64,000 nt of DNA from Candidatus Bathyarchaeia archaeon (GTDB lineage: Archaea > Thermoproteota > Bathyarchaeia > Bathyarchaeales > Bathycorpusculaceae). Where the stretch lies: positions 32,001 to 96,000 of the forward strand of contig JAVZLM010000001.1 in NCBI GenBank assembly GCA_038883775.1. Reading direction: 5' to 3'. Every line of letters begins with the position of its first letter. The first letter of the stretch is position 1. Below, one piece after another: positions 10,830 to 20,341 of the stretch. The position numbers and the translations under genes are program-made. Under the pieces are notes generated by a model. The model searched no databases, was not told the origin of the DNA, and worked only from the letters and a program-made list of their open reading frames with translations.

Positions 10830-11672
10830 TCACCTTTTGGTTCTTACGATAACTATGGGTTTATGTTTTACCGTTTCAAGCATCTCCCAGCTTACCTCAT
10901 TTAATCCAACCTTAAACTTTTCAGCCATATCCCAAACTGTTCTTCCAGCACCAAAACCCCTTGAACGATTTGCAATTTCAGCTATTTCCAATGCCTTTTC
11001 AACCGATATTTTATATCCAACCGCTGCAATGGGCGTCGCTCTTTTCCTCAACTTAAACATTCGCCCAACAACATAAGCCATAAACCCCCCAAAAGAATGA
11101 ATGCCACTAATCGGTTTTGGGCGGTGTGTGAAATGAAAATTTTTGAACGAAAAGGTTTTGTCAGTATCAACGATCATCACAGAAACTTTCTTTCCCAACC
11201 GCAGCCGAATTTGTTTGCGTATTCCTTCAGCTATGCTAACAGTGTCGGTTAGTGGCAAACTCACATAGGAATAAGCCAAATTGCTTCCATCTATGCCGCC
11301 TTCGGAACCAAACATTAAAGCTTGCAAAAACCCAGCATACTGCAAGGCAACTTGTTTGTGGCGGCTTCCCATTTCCAATGGGTAATCCCGCAAATAATAA
11401 AGCAGTTTTCCTCGAAAATGGCATAATGGTCCAAGAAAATAGCCCCAAACTATGCGCATCCAATATTTAGCGATTAACTTTGCGCTCCATTTTGGCTTAA
11501 CCTTGCTTTCGTCAATGATGTTGTTTAAGGCTGTTGAAATTGCCTTTTCAGATATAACAACAAAGTCTCCATTCCTTATTTTGCCCTTAACGTTTTCTAA
11601 AATTTCTTCTAAATAATTTTCTCTTGGTCTCCAATATTTTGTGGTTATGGCTGAGACTTTGTATTTAACCAT
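10830..11672 (-). CDS. Coenzyme F420-0:gamma-glutamyl ligase (CofE)-like protein
   Basis: VVISEKAIS, GGIDGSN, MIVDTD motifs. Confidence 0.7.
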   Translation of the reverse strand: MVKYKVSAITTKYWRPRENYLEEILENVKGKIRNGDFVVISEKAISTALNNIIDESKVKPKWSAKLIAKYWMRIVWGYFLGPLCHFRGKLLYYLRDYPLEMGSRHKQVALQYAGFLQALMFGSEGGIDGSNLAYSYVSLPLTDTVSIAEGIRKQIRLRLGKKVSVMIVDTDKTFSFKNFHFTHRPKPISGIHSFGGFMAYVVGRMFKLRKRATPIAAVGYKISVEKALEIAEIANRSRGFGAGRTVWDMAEKFKVGLNEVSWEMLETVKHKPIVIVRTKR

Positions 11673-11705
11673 ATCAAATGCCTAATCTAAAAGCTTTGTA
11701 AACGC

Positions 11706-12416
11706 TTAAAGGGCTTGGAATTGTTTCTTTATTTCTTCCACGTTGCATTCTGGAGGTTTCATTTTTCCTTCTGGACAGTAGCCAAGTTCAACACAGGATG
11801 GTCCAGCATTCTCAAACAGTATAGGCGCAGCCTCTTTTGCTTGTTTGAGCATTTCAATTGCCACCTCTCTTATTTCCCATTGGGAGCGCATGCAGCATCG
11901 CAAATTAAAGAAATGGCGCAGTTCTCGGGCGTTCATGGTTACAATTATGTTTGTTTTGGCTGCGTTTGGAAGAATGAACCTTGCATCCTCCTTTTGAATC
12001 CCTAATGCCAAAAGTTCTTTGTAAGTTTCGGAAATCCTCTCCAATGTCTCATCAAAAATTTTCTTTGCTTCTGGTTTATTTGCTATGCTTGGCGGCGTCA
12101 CATACTTCTCCAAAGTGTCATAGGTGACATAACGTTGGCTTTGCTGCGTGTATGAGGCTATTCTGTGTCTGACGAGCTGATGGGTCATAGCTCTGGATAC
12201 GCCTTCAATGCTGAATGTGAAGGATGCATGTTCAATAACTGAAACATGACCATAACCAGTAACCCGCCTTATAATACGCTTAGCCGTTTCCCCATCCATT
12301 TTTTCAAAGATTTCTGAGGGGCTTCCACTTTTTGATGATGTTAAGGCTGCAGTTCCACAAAGGAGTTCAGCGTCTGCTGTATAGCGGAGAAGCTTAACTT
12401 TCAATTTAGACCCCAC
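11706..12416 (-). CDS. thyX: Flavin-dependent thymidylate synthase
   Basis: GHVSVIEH, QLVRHRIASYTQQSQRY, NARELRHF. Confidence 0.96.
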   Translation of the reverse strand: MGSKLKVKLLRYTADAELLCGTAALTSSKSGSPSEIFEKMDGETAKRIIRRVTGYGHVSVIEHASFTFSIEGVSRAMTHQLVRHRIASYTQQSQRYVTYDTLEKYVTPPSIANKPEAKKIFDETLERISETYKELLALGIQKEDARFILPNAAKTNIIVTMNARELRHFFNLRCCMRSQWEIREVAIEMLKQAKEAAPILFENAGPSCVELGYCPEGKMKPPECNVEEIKKQFQAL

Positions 12417-12477
12417 TTCACTTTAGCATGAAAGTAATAAATCTGTTTTGCCCAGAAAAAGCTGAGGGCGATATTAA

Positions 12478-13101
12478 ATGTCAAGAATTAAAAAGGCTAT
12501 TGATTACATAAACGAACTAAGTTCAAGCAATAACCAAAAGAAACAATTGCTTGGGAAGGAGCTTGCGGTTAAATATGCCAAATGGACAAAAACTTTAAAC
12601 TTGCAAGATATTTTAACTTTCGTAAAAATTATAAAAGATAACAAAACTGAAATCGGCGCTGCCCAGTTTTTCGGAAAATTCCGCGCCTACGCTTTCGAAG
12701 AATACATTTACCGTTTACTCCAAGCCAAAGTTTGTCTACCTAAACCTTTGCAGATTTTTTGGGGAGAAAAATGCTTGGTTTGGCAGAAAGGCGATGAAGG
12801 TTACGCTATGGAGTTTGATGTTGCCATAGGAGAAAAAGCAAAAGACGTTGTTGAGCCAAAAATTGTTTTCGATGCCAAACTGGAACTTGACTCTGCAAGG
12901 TTAAAAACGGCTTTGGCTTCTTTTGCAATTTTAAAACGTTGGAATGCGGAAGTTAAATGCCTCCTTGCGTATATGGTTAAAGATGTTAATGCTGCGCTCA
13001 TGAAATTGGCTCATTATTGGGTTGACGGGCTTTTCTGCTTAAGCCTTGAAAAAGATGAGACAAAGGCTTTGCTTGATTATGTCTCTAAATGTATTAGTTA
13101 A
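12478..13101 (+). CDS. Hypothetical PD-(D/E)XK-like (restriction endonuclease-like) protein
   Basis: AFEEY ... EFDVAI ... VFDAKL pattern. Confidence 0.5.
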   Translation: MSRIKKAIDYINELSSSNNQKKQLLGKELAVKYAKWTKTLNLQDILTFVKIIKDNKTEIGAAQFFGKFRAYAFEEYIYRLLQAKVCLPKPLQIFWGEKCLVWQKGDEGYAMEFDVAIGEKAKDVVEPKIVFDAKLELDSARLKTALASFAILKRWNAEVKCLLAYMVKDVNAALMKLAHYWVDGLFCLSLEKDETKALLDYVSKCIS

Positions 13102-13104
13102 AAG

Positions 13105-14142
13105 TTAAATGTGCGCATATATGCGGTCTGCGGTGTATCTTCCACTTTCCATTTCCCTCTCTATCTCACGTAACAACAAGATTCGCTTAAACGTGGGCGG
13201 GTGTGTTGCAAACCACGTATTAATCTTAACCCATGTGGATTTAGCCTCTTTCTCCATGGCTATTTCCAATTCTCTTTCATCAAGCACCCCATCCTTGTCC
13301 AAATCGTATTCCGCCTTTTTCTCAATTATTGGCTGGATCTCCTGTTTTGCCAATGCTGGATCCTCTATGTAGAAGGCTCTTGCTCCAGACGGCGGTTTAG
13401 GCGAAAGCGATAAGCCATAAGTGATTTTTGTTAATGCACTTTGCAAGTTTCGGGGCGAGCCAGTTACGTAGGCTGAGTATGCGTCTGCGTAATGTTCGCG
13501 GAGTCTGCTAAGCCTCATAATACACAAAAGCGAAATTATGTAAACTACATAGGAGATTATTGCAATGACGAAAAAAGCCGCTTTTATGCTGCTCTCTTCC
13601 TTCTTCTTTGATGATGCAGGCGCCCATCTTGCTGCTTCCCAGGTTCCCCGCGCAATTAAGTAGGCAAGTAATGGCAAGGCGGAAACTATTGTCATTATTA
13701 TGTAATCCTTATGTTTTATGTGCCCCAACTCGTGACCAATCACGCCTTTAACTTCTTCTTGATTCAATTTCCGCAAAAGTCCTTCATGAACCGCAAGGGT
13801 GGCGCTGTTTGCTGTTCTTCCAAAAACAAAAGCGTTAGGCGTTTCATCTGGCACAATGGCTAGTTTTGGCATTGGTATGCCACTTTTGTCCGCCAATTCT
13901 TTCACTGTTGATTCAAGCCATGGATTTTCGCCGGGCTTTAAATATTGTAGGCGTGTGGAAGCGCTGACTATGGCTGGTCCTATGAGGTATTGAATTAGTA
14001 TGAAAAAGATTGTGCCAATTACTGCGTAAACCAAAGAAAGCCCTATAATAAACATTATTACTGATAAGAAGAGGGCAAAAATTAAGGCTACAAAAAATAT
14101 GGAGGTTCCCATTGCCAACTTTAACTCGCCAAGCCTCGCCAT
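13105..14142 (-). CDS. htpX: Zinc metalloprotease HtpX (M48)
   Basis: PNAF, HELGH, SRLREHYAD, THPP; N-terminal TM segments. Confidence 0.93.
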   Translation of the reverse strand: MARLGELKLAMGTSIFFVALIFALFLSVIMFIIGLSLVYAVIGTIFFILIQYLIGPAIVSASTRLQYLKPGENPWLESTVKELADKSGIPMPKLAIVPDETPNAFVFGRTANSATLAVHEGLLRKLNQEEVKGVIGHELGHIKHKDYIIMTIVSALPLLAYLIARGTWEAARWAPASSKKKEESSIKAAFFVIAIISYVVYIISLLCIMRLSRLREHYADAYSAYVTGSPRNLQSALTKITYGLSLSPKPPSGARAFYIEDPALAKQEIQPIIEKKAEYDLDKDGVLDERELEIAMEKEAKSTWVKINTWFATHPPTFKRILLLREIEREMESGRYTADRIYAHI

Positions 14143-14334
14143 AACATTCCCATATAGTTCAAATGACAAAGGCTTATTTAATTAAAGCTTTCTAACGCCT
14201 TATCCATTACATGATTTGGTGAAAGTGAATTCAGAATCCGACTTTCAAATATGGAAAATCCATACCCAAAATTCACACCTATTAAATACTTCAAATCCTT
14301 GACAATTCTAAAAGGAGGCTGTTGAGGTTCAACC

Positions 14335-14487
14335 ATGAGTAAAAAGTATCGATGCATCATTGAGGTGGAAGTCCCAAACGGTTCAAAAGGTTGGCAAGAA
14401 GTGGCAACCGTAAAAATGAGACAAGCTATTGAAAAATTGAAGTTGGCGATGGAAGAGTTAGGTGGCAAAGTATACGTAAGATACTGA
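14335..14487 (+). CDS. Small hypothetical protein, 50 aa (not in ORF track)
   Basis: MSKKYRCIIEVEVPNGSKGWQEVATVKMRQAIEKLKLAMEELGGKVYVRY*, preceded by GAGGT; fills an otherwise empty gap. Confidence 0.55.
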   Translation: MSKKYRCIIEVEVPNGSKGWQEVATVKMRQAIEKLKLAMEELGGKVYVRY

Positions 14488-14496
14488 ATGCGATAT

Positions 14497-14901
14497 TTAT
14501 TTTTCTGTGATTTGTGGATGAACCAGTTGACGACAATGCGGACAATGGACGAGAGCTTTGTCCCCGGTTGACTTCCACTTCTTTTTGCAAAAGGGACATT
14601 GATACCACACAGTTTTTCCTGGAATAACGAACCATTGTCGGCTCAAAATCCACAATATCACAGCCGAAACCAGCATCACGTCCCCAAAAATAAAAAGGTA
14701 TATGAGTCTAAATTCAAATCCCGAAATTAGAGTTATTTTTTCTGTCCAGAGAAGTGATAAAAAAGTTGAGAACGGATTTTCATTTGAAGAGAGGTAAGGG
14801 TATGTTTTCCACAAAGCGCCTAAAAAGGCCATTATTCCCAATAGGCAAAATATTAAACTAAGCGCATATGCAGATTTCTGCTTCCGAAGAATTTTCCTCA
14901 T
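14497..14901 (-). CDS. Two-TM membrane protein with C-terminal zinc ribbon
   Basis: Two hydrophobic helices followed by CPFC...CPHC. Confidence 0.75.
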   Translation of the reverse strand: MRKILRKQKSAYALSLIFCLLGIMAFLGALWKTYPYLSSNENPFSTFLSLLWTEKITLISGFEFRLIYLFIFGDVMLVSAVILWILSRQWFVIPGKTVWYQCPFCKKKWKSTGDKALVHCPHCRQLVHPQITEK

Positions 14902-14931
14902 TCAAACTCTAACCATTACAACAATTCTCAA

Positions 14932-15264
14932 CTACATTGGCGTAATGGCTTCGGCAATTCGCGCTTCCACTTCAGCGTAGCGTTCTCTGATTTCGCTTTT
15001 GAGAACATCAATTTCCAAGCGAAGTCTTCTTTTGGATTCTGGCGCTAAGTCTTTGGATTTTACTATGTCATTTTCTATTTTCGCAACTTCGTGCTCAGCG
15101 TCATGCTTCATCTCTTTGGTCTTCTTCAGCAAATCCACCTTAGCCTTTTCAATCTTTTCAAACTGCTTTCTGACATCTGCAACTTTCTGATTTAATTTCT
15201 GTTTTATCTTGCCAAGCTTCTCTGCATATTCGCGTTCTGAAGGTCCTCCCAAGGTTAACACCAA
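14932..15264 (-). CDS. Hypothetical coiled-coil protein
   Basis: K/E-rich helical sequence. Confidence 0.7.
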   Translation of the reverse strand: MVLTLGGPSEREYAEKLGKIKQKLNQKVADVRKQFEKIEKAKVDLLKKTKEMKHDAEHEVAKIENDIVKSKDLAPESKRRLRLEIDVLKSEIRERYAEVEARIAEAITPM

Positions 15265-15342
15265 AATGTCTTTTATCGCAATACTTAATATAAATTTTGT
15301 TATCTACAAATAAATACAAACACCATCAATATACAACCAATT

Positions 15343-15420
15343 TGGTGCTCCGGCCGGGATTTGAACCCGGGTCCGTGGCTCGAGAGGCCACAATACTTGA
15401 CCGGACTATACTACCGGAGC
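15343..15420 (-). tRNA. tRNA-Glu (anticodon CUC), CCA encoded, intronless
   Basis: Reverse complement GCTCCGG...GTGGC-CT-CTC-GA-GCCAC...GGTTCAAATCC...CCGGAGC-ACCA folds into a cloverleaf. Confidence 0.96.
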
Positions 15421-15502
15421 CTCTAATTTATAGTACTTTGTTTCTTGTATTTAGCCACATTGTTTCTTATGCTATAATAAATAAATTAAAAGCCTTCGGA
15501 AG

Positions 15503-16009
15503 TTAAAGGCGACTTGTAAAAACATATTTTCGGTAGAAGTTATCTATCTCTAATTTGCTCCAATTTTCCCATTCACTTTTAGGAATAAAATTTCGCAAGC
15601 CTTTCGTTTTAAGTCTTCTTTTTAATGAATTATTTTCATATAACATGTTAGGCAGCCTCATAATCATGGCTTTATTTTCCATGAAGAACTCATAGGTCTG
15701 AAATTTCATAATGGCGTATTCTCTCCATAACTGTCGTATCTCTTTTGACTCTATTTCTAGTTTTAGCTTTTCTATTTCTTCCTTGCTTTCCATTGAAAGG
15801 CCATATCGAATCAGAAGAGGAATGCCCTGATTTTCAAGTATCCCTTTCTCTTTTAGAAAGCAGCTTAGTTCCTTGCCAAATTCGTAGGGAACGACGATTT
15901 TTAAACGGACTTTTTCGTGGCTTTCAATAGCCTCTAAAGCACTTATAAGGTCATTTTTGCGAGGCTCTTGAGAACGTTCTTTACGGAAAAAATTACTGTT
16001 AAGCTTCAT
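15503..16009 (-). CDS. Hypothetical protein (possible RHH-like plus coiled coil); 4th gene of the fluoride-riboswitch operon
   Basis: Overlaps the upstream ORF by 11 nt; strand-helix-helix segment LKIVVPYEFGKEL...IPLLIRYGL. Confidence 0.65.
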   Translation of the reverse strand: MKLNSNFFRKERSQEPRKNDLISALEAIESHEKVRLKIVVPYEFGKELSCFLKEKGILENQGIPLLIRYGLSMESKEEIEKLKLEIESKEIRQLWREYAIMKFQTYEFFMENKAMIMRLPNMLYENNSLKRRLKTKGLRNFIPKSEWENWSKLEIDNFYRKYVFTSRL

Positions 16010-16328
16010 GTTTCATTCTCCGATGGTCTTTTTCTTTCATAATCTTTCTCAACCGTATGTTTTCTTTCTCTAAAGCCTTCAGGATTTCGTTGTCTTTTTT
16101 ATATTCTTTGAACAGTTTCTTCATATGCATGTAACTTTCTTTCATTTGTTTAAATTCCTGTAACCAATAGTTTGCCATTCCACGCTTCATTGTTTTAACT
16201 AATGCACCGCTTTCGTCTAATTTGTTTTCAGCGATATATGCTTTGAATTTTTCGTAGGTTGATTGATCAAGAAATACATCTAAAATTGCTGTTCCGTCTT
16301 TTTTATTAAAAACTATGCGGCTGAACAT
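15999..16328 (-). CDS. Hypothetical protein (possible RHH-like plus coiled coil); 3rd gene of the operon
   Basis: ILDVFLDQSTYEKF...ALVKTMKRGM followed by a heptad-like helix; GAGGG SD. Confidence 0.65.
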   Translation of the reverse strand: MFSRIVFNKKDGTAILDVFLDQSTYEKFKAYIAENKLDESGALVKTMKRGMANYWLQEFKQMKESYMHMKKLFKEYKKDNEILKALEKENIRLRKIMKEKDHRRMKHEA

Positions 16329-16345
16329 TGTTTTCCCTCATATGG

Positions 16346-17068
16346 TTAAACAGAAACATTTCTAAGTTTCAATCCTCGTCTGCCAACCATCTTTTGAACG
16401 CTTCTCAAGAGCACATCTTCTACTGCTCTGCGGTCTTGGTTTGAAAATTCATAGCTTTGCCTTCTTATGTACTCAGCAAGTTCGAAACCCAGTCGACGAA
16501 GATTTTTCTCTTCAATTTCTATAATAGTTGCAATGACCTCCCTGCTTTGGCTATGCGATGTTTCCTTCAACGCGTTGATTAATGCTGTAAAGTGTGGTAT
16601 GCATAGTCCTTTGGAATTTTTAAAAAGCATAAGAAACTCTTCATGGTTTGATAAGAAAAGTTTCACGATTTCTTTGTTGCAGATTTCCATGAGATTGGCT
16701 ATATACACGCAAGCTGGGCAGTTCTTTGCGTCTTTTTGATAGAAACTTTTATGGTTTTTCCTAAGTTTGTGCAAATCTTGAATGAGTCTTTCAATGGTGT
16801 CTTGGCTGATTAGAGCTATTCCATGTCCGTCAGGGCTTTCTGGTTTGCTTGCAGCAATTAGCATTCTGTAAAAGTGGTGATTGCAAAATCCTCTACTCTC
16901 GACGATATTTTCTCTTGCTTTAGCATCCATTACAAGCTCAGAAAGATGAGCGTCAATGTATTTTCTTTCAACTTCATCTTCTAGTGCGCATAAGAAACAT
17001 TCTGCACCGCTTTTGATTATCCTTTCAATGTGGAAATACGTTACATCAACGCTCACGCAAATCATCAC
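16346..17068 (-). CDS. DUF6062-like protein with two CxxC...CxxH metal-binding repeats
   Basis: CFLC...RGFCNHH and CPAC...GLCIPH; start overlaps the upstream stop (GTGA). Confidence 0.75.
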   Translation of the reverse strand: MMICVSVDVTYFHIERIIKSGAECFLCALEDEVERKYIDAHLSELVMDAKARENIVESRGFCNHHFYRMLIAASKPESPDGHGIALISQDTIERLIQDLHKLRKNHKSFYQKDAKNCPACVYIANLMEICNKEIVKLFLSNHEEFLMLFKNSKGLCIPHFTALINALKETSHSQSREVIATIIEIEEKNLRRLGFELAEYIRRQSYEFSNQDRRAVEDVLLRSVQKMVGRRGLKLRNVSV

Positions 17069-17925
17069 TGCTCACTGATTGTTTTTAATACATTAACGGC
17101 GTAGAAAGTGTCTTCAAAAGTGGATATTCCAATGTCAGACCTTGCAAATCCGCCGTTTGCATTTTGGCATTTAAGAACGAATTCTGCTGTTTGCTTGGGG
17201 TATCTCAGGTGTTCGTCAAGAAGATTAAGTGTTGACGTTCCATAGTATATGTGTTCCATGTATGGAGTAGAAGCATGTGGCACAACAGTGAAGCCTCCAA
17301 ATGGCTTTTCACAAGCTCTAACATAACTCAAAGTATCCTTGAGAGATTTGACTGGATAACCAAGATTAAAAAGTGAAGCCACAGCATGATAGGTGGAATT
17401 CAAATTTGAGTGTCCATGGGCTCCAAAACCACCGTTCTTATTTTTGAAGCTTAACAACCACTCTGCGAGTTTTTTGCTTTCAATCTCTATGCCAACAATT
17501 TTAACAAGCTCGGTTGTCATGAAAGTGAGGAGAAATTCTGAAGCAACTTCAACATAAACATCAACTGTTCCAAAATTCCCTTTGGCACAAAGTAGAGAAA
17601 GGATAAAATTTTTAAGATTTTTTTGAGGTTTTTCACCGCACAATTTTAAGGCTTTAGTCACATAATAATGTGAATAAAGATTGTCTGGAACAAAGTCATG
17701 TAACCACTTGACAGTCTTTTTAACATTTGGAAATGGAACGTTTAATAAGTTCAAAATTGCAAGTCCATAGTAGGTATCTTGTGCATTTGATTCTGTACCT
17801 TGACAGAAAGTATACCCACCGTCATCGTTCTGTCGATTCACTATGTAGTGGACAACACGTTTAATCCATAAAAAGTTTGCAGACTGCCCAGATTCTAAAT
17901 CATCGAACCGCCCCACTTCACGCAA
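17065..17925 (-). CDS. Prenyltransferase/squalene-cyclase repeat protein (GGTase beta-like alpha/alpha barrel)
   Basis: Repeats QNDDGGY, KNKNGGFG, EKPFGGF, QNANGGFA, each followed by a TYY/TYH/IYY/TFY helix; start position uncertain. Confidence 0.85.
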   Translation of the reverse strand: MREVGRFDDLESGQSANFLWIKRVVHYIVNRQNDDGGYTFCQGTESNAQDTYYGLAILNLLNVPFPNVKKTVKWLHDFVPDNLYSHYYVTKALKLCGEKPQKNLKNFILSLLCAKGNFGTVDVYVEVASEFLLTFMTTELVKIVGIEIESKKLAEWLLSFKNKNGGFGAHGHSNLNSTYHAVASLFNLGYPVKSLKDTLSYVRACEKPFGGFTVVPHASTPYMEHIYYGTSTLNLLDEHLRYPKQTAEFVLKCQNANGGFARSDIGISTFEDTFYAVNVLKTISEQ

Positions 17926-17956
17926 TCTAACATACCCTCTTACGCTTTAATGTTGA

Positions 17957-18019
17957 GTAGAAGCTATCAGCCCCTGCGCATGCAGAAGCAAGGGCGGTTA
18001 AAGGCGAGCTTCATCGCCC
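17957..18019 (-). promoter_or_regulatory. Fluoride riboswitch (crcB motif)
   Basis: Minus strand reads GGCGAUGAAGCUCGCC-UUUAACC-GCCCUUGC...GCAGGGGC-UGAUAGCUUCUAC: P1 GGCGA/UCGCC, variable hairpin, pseudoknot GAAGC/GCUUC, conserved 3' CUAC. Confidence 0.9.
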
Positions 18020-18147
18020 TTATATTTCTGGAAAAGTATGATAAAAAAGTAAATAAACATTTCTCAATATAGGTTAAATTTTCTGTATACGTTTCTACAA
18101 TATTATTGATGGATTTTAGTTTATAGAAAAATTTGGGGTTTATAGGT

Positions 18148-19797
18148 TTAGTATTCTTCGCCTTCTTCGCTTGGTGGTTTTTCTGGTGCTTTTTCTTCTT
18201 TTGGTTTCGTTGCTGCTATTACATCGTCTATGCGGAGTATCATTGATGCTGATTCTGCAGCGGATTTTACTGCTTGTTCTTTGACTATTAAGGGTTCTAC
18301 TACGCCGTTTTCTTGCATGTTTTCAACTTTTCCTGTAAAAACGTTTACGCCCATAGCGTTTCCATCTTTTTTCTCGTGGGCTGCTCGAAGTTCTACGATT
18401 ATGTCTATTGGTTCGAGTCCAGCGTTTTCGGCTAGTGTTCTTGGCACTATTTCTATGGCGTCGGCGAAGGCTTCTATGGCTAGTTGTTCTCTTCCGCCGA
18501 CTTTTGTGGCGTAATCGCGGAGTTCTTTTGCGATTTCTACTTCTACTGCGCCGCCGCCTGCGACTATTTTGTTGTTTTCTATTACATCTGAGACTACGGA
18601 TAGGGCGTCTGTCATGGCTCTTTCTGCTTCGTCGACCATCCTCTCAAGCCCAGCACGTATGAGAACAGCTACCGAACGCGGGTCTTTGCATTTTTCCACG
18701 AAAATCATTTTATCTTCGCCAATTTTGCGCTCTTCAACAATGCCAGCTTCGCCTAAGTCTTGGGCTGTTAAGTCGTCTAAATCTGTGATTATTCTTCCGC
18801 CTGTGGCTCTTGCGAGTTTTTCCATGTCTGATTGTTTTACGCGTCTTGCGGCTAGAATTCCTTCTTTTGCTAGGAAGTGTTGTGCCATGTCGTCTATGCC
18901 TTTTTGGCAGAAAACTACGTTTGCGCCTACTGCCTTTATTTTGTCTACCATTTCTTTGAGCATTTTTGTTTCTTGGTCTAGGAAGGCTTTCATTTGGTTT
19001 GGGTCGCGGATGCGGATTTCTGCGCTGAATTCTGTTTTTTCAATTTCTAGTGGGCAGTCGAGCAAGGCGATTTTTGCGTTTTCTAGTTTTTTGGGCATTC
19101 CTGGGTGGACGACTTCCTTGTCTATGATTAAGCCTTTTACGAGTTGCGACTCAAGGAGGCTTTTTCCTGTTTTCTTTATTATTTGTATGTTGTCTATGTC
19201 TGCGATTCGTTTTTCTCCACGCTTTTCTGCTATTTGTTTGACTGCGTCTATGGCTATTTCCGCCAGATGCTCTTTTGCTGGGCCGACAGCTTTGCTTGCC
19301 ATGGACGTTAATGCCACTTTCTTTAGGGTTTCTCTGTCTTCTATGTCTACTGGTGTAGCGATTTTGTTTATTGTTTCTACTGCCTTTTGGGCTGCTTTTC
19401 TGTAACCGCTCACTATTATTGTTGGGTGAATGTTCTGGTCTAGGAGTTCTTCTGCCTTTTTGAGGAGTTCGCCTGCTAAGACTACGGCGGTTGTTGTGCC
19501 GTCGCCTACCATGTCGTCTTGAGTTTTCGCTATTTCAACCATCATTTTTGCTGCTGGGTGTTCAACTTCTATTTCGTCTAGGATTGCTGCGCCGTCGTTG
19601 GTTATTGTTATGTCTCCTAGGCTGTCGATGAGCATTTTGTCCATTCCGCGGGGTCCAAGGGTTGTTTTTAGTACTTCGCCTATGATACGTGCTGCCATGA
19701 TGTTGTTTCTTTGGGCTTCTCTTCCTCTGCTGCGTGTTGTTCCTTCTTTTAGTATTAGGACTGGTTGTCCAGACTGGGTTGTTGTTAAGTATGCCAT
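18148..19797 (-). CDS. ths: Thermosome (group II chaperonin) subunit, paralog 1
   Basis: [23 protein letters not shown]. Confidence 0.97.
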   Translation of the reverse strand: MAYLTTTQSGQPVLILKEGTTRSRGREAQRNNIMAARIIGEVLKTTLGPRGMDKMLIDSLGDITITNDGAAILDEIEVEHPAAKMMVEIAKTQDDMVGDGTTTAVVLAGELLKKAEELLDQNIHPTIIVSGYRKAAQKAVETINKIATPVDIEDRETLKKVALTSMASKAVGPAKEHLAEIAIDAVKQIAEKRGEKRIADIDNIQIIKKTGKSLLESQLVKGLIIDKEVVHPGMPKKLENAKIALLDCPLEIEKTEFSAEIRIRDPNQMKAFLDQETKMLKEMVDKIKAVGANVVFCQKGIDDMAQHFLAKEGILAARRVKQSDMEKLARATGGRIITDLDDLTAQDLGEAGIVEERKIGEDKMIFVEKCKDPRSVAVLIRAGLERMVDEAERAMTDALSVVSDVIENNKIVAGGGAVEVEIAKELRDYATKVGGREQLAIEAFADAIEIVPRTLAENAGLEPIDIIVELRAAHEKKDGNAMGVNVFTGKVENMQENGVVEPLIVKEQAVKSAAESASMILRIDDVIAATKPKEEKAPEKPPSEEGEEY

Positions 19798-19954
19798 ACA
19801 AATTCCTCCATTTTGTTAGAATGTTATTTTTAGCTATTCCGAATAGCAAAAAAGCCCTAAAATATAAACTTTTACTTTCGTTTTTGCGAATACGCCATCG
19901 GCTTGGTAACAGTTTAAATTTTGGCTTGCCAAATTTTGATTTGGGTGGTTTAGC

Positions 19955-20248
19955 ATGCGGGTTTCGGTGCGCTTCTTCACAAGCCTACGAGAGATTGTTG
20001 GTAAGCGAGAAGAGACTTTAGAGTTTTCTGACAGCGAAAAGGTTACTATAGATAGTGTTCTTAAGCGTTTGAGTGAGCGTTATGGGAAGGATTTTGATGA
20101 TTACCTTTATGATAGTAGGACGGGCGAGGTTAAGGGTTTTCTGCAGTTTCTAATTAATGGTCGAAGCGCTTCTACGCTTAAAGGTTTGGCGACTGAACTT
20201 TCCAATGGAGATGTTTTGGCAATAATTCCACCTGTTGGCGGCGGATAA
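19955..20248 (+). CDS. MoaD/ThiS/SAMP ubiquitin-like protein
   Basis: Beta-grasp pattern ending IIPPVGGG. Confidence 0.9.
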   Translation: MRVSVRFFTSLREIVGKREETLEFSDSEKVTIDSVLKRLSERYGKDFDDYLYDSRTGEVKGFLQFLINGRSASTLKGLATELSNGDVLAIIPPVGGG

Positions 20249-20341
20249 CCTTGGGAACTTGGATTGTTTTCAGTTTTATTTTCTCTACCCTCTCCTCTAG
20301 GTTTTTAGGCTTGTTTGCCCTAGTTTATTTTTGAGTTTGTT

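Noticed and set aside
14300-18100. tRNA-Glu-anchored integrative element
   Set aside because: No integrase and no duplicated tRNA 3' end seen; the accessory-looking operon lies on the 5' side of the tRNA
18230-19849. Long antisense/alternate-frame ORFs over thermosome paralog 1 (likewise at 40630-42123 and over other core genes)
   Set aside because: Shadow ORFs of well-conserved genes, with no motifs or start signals
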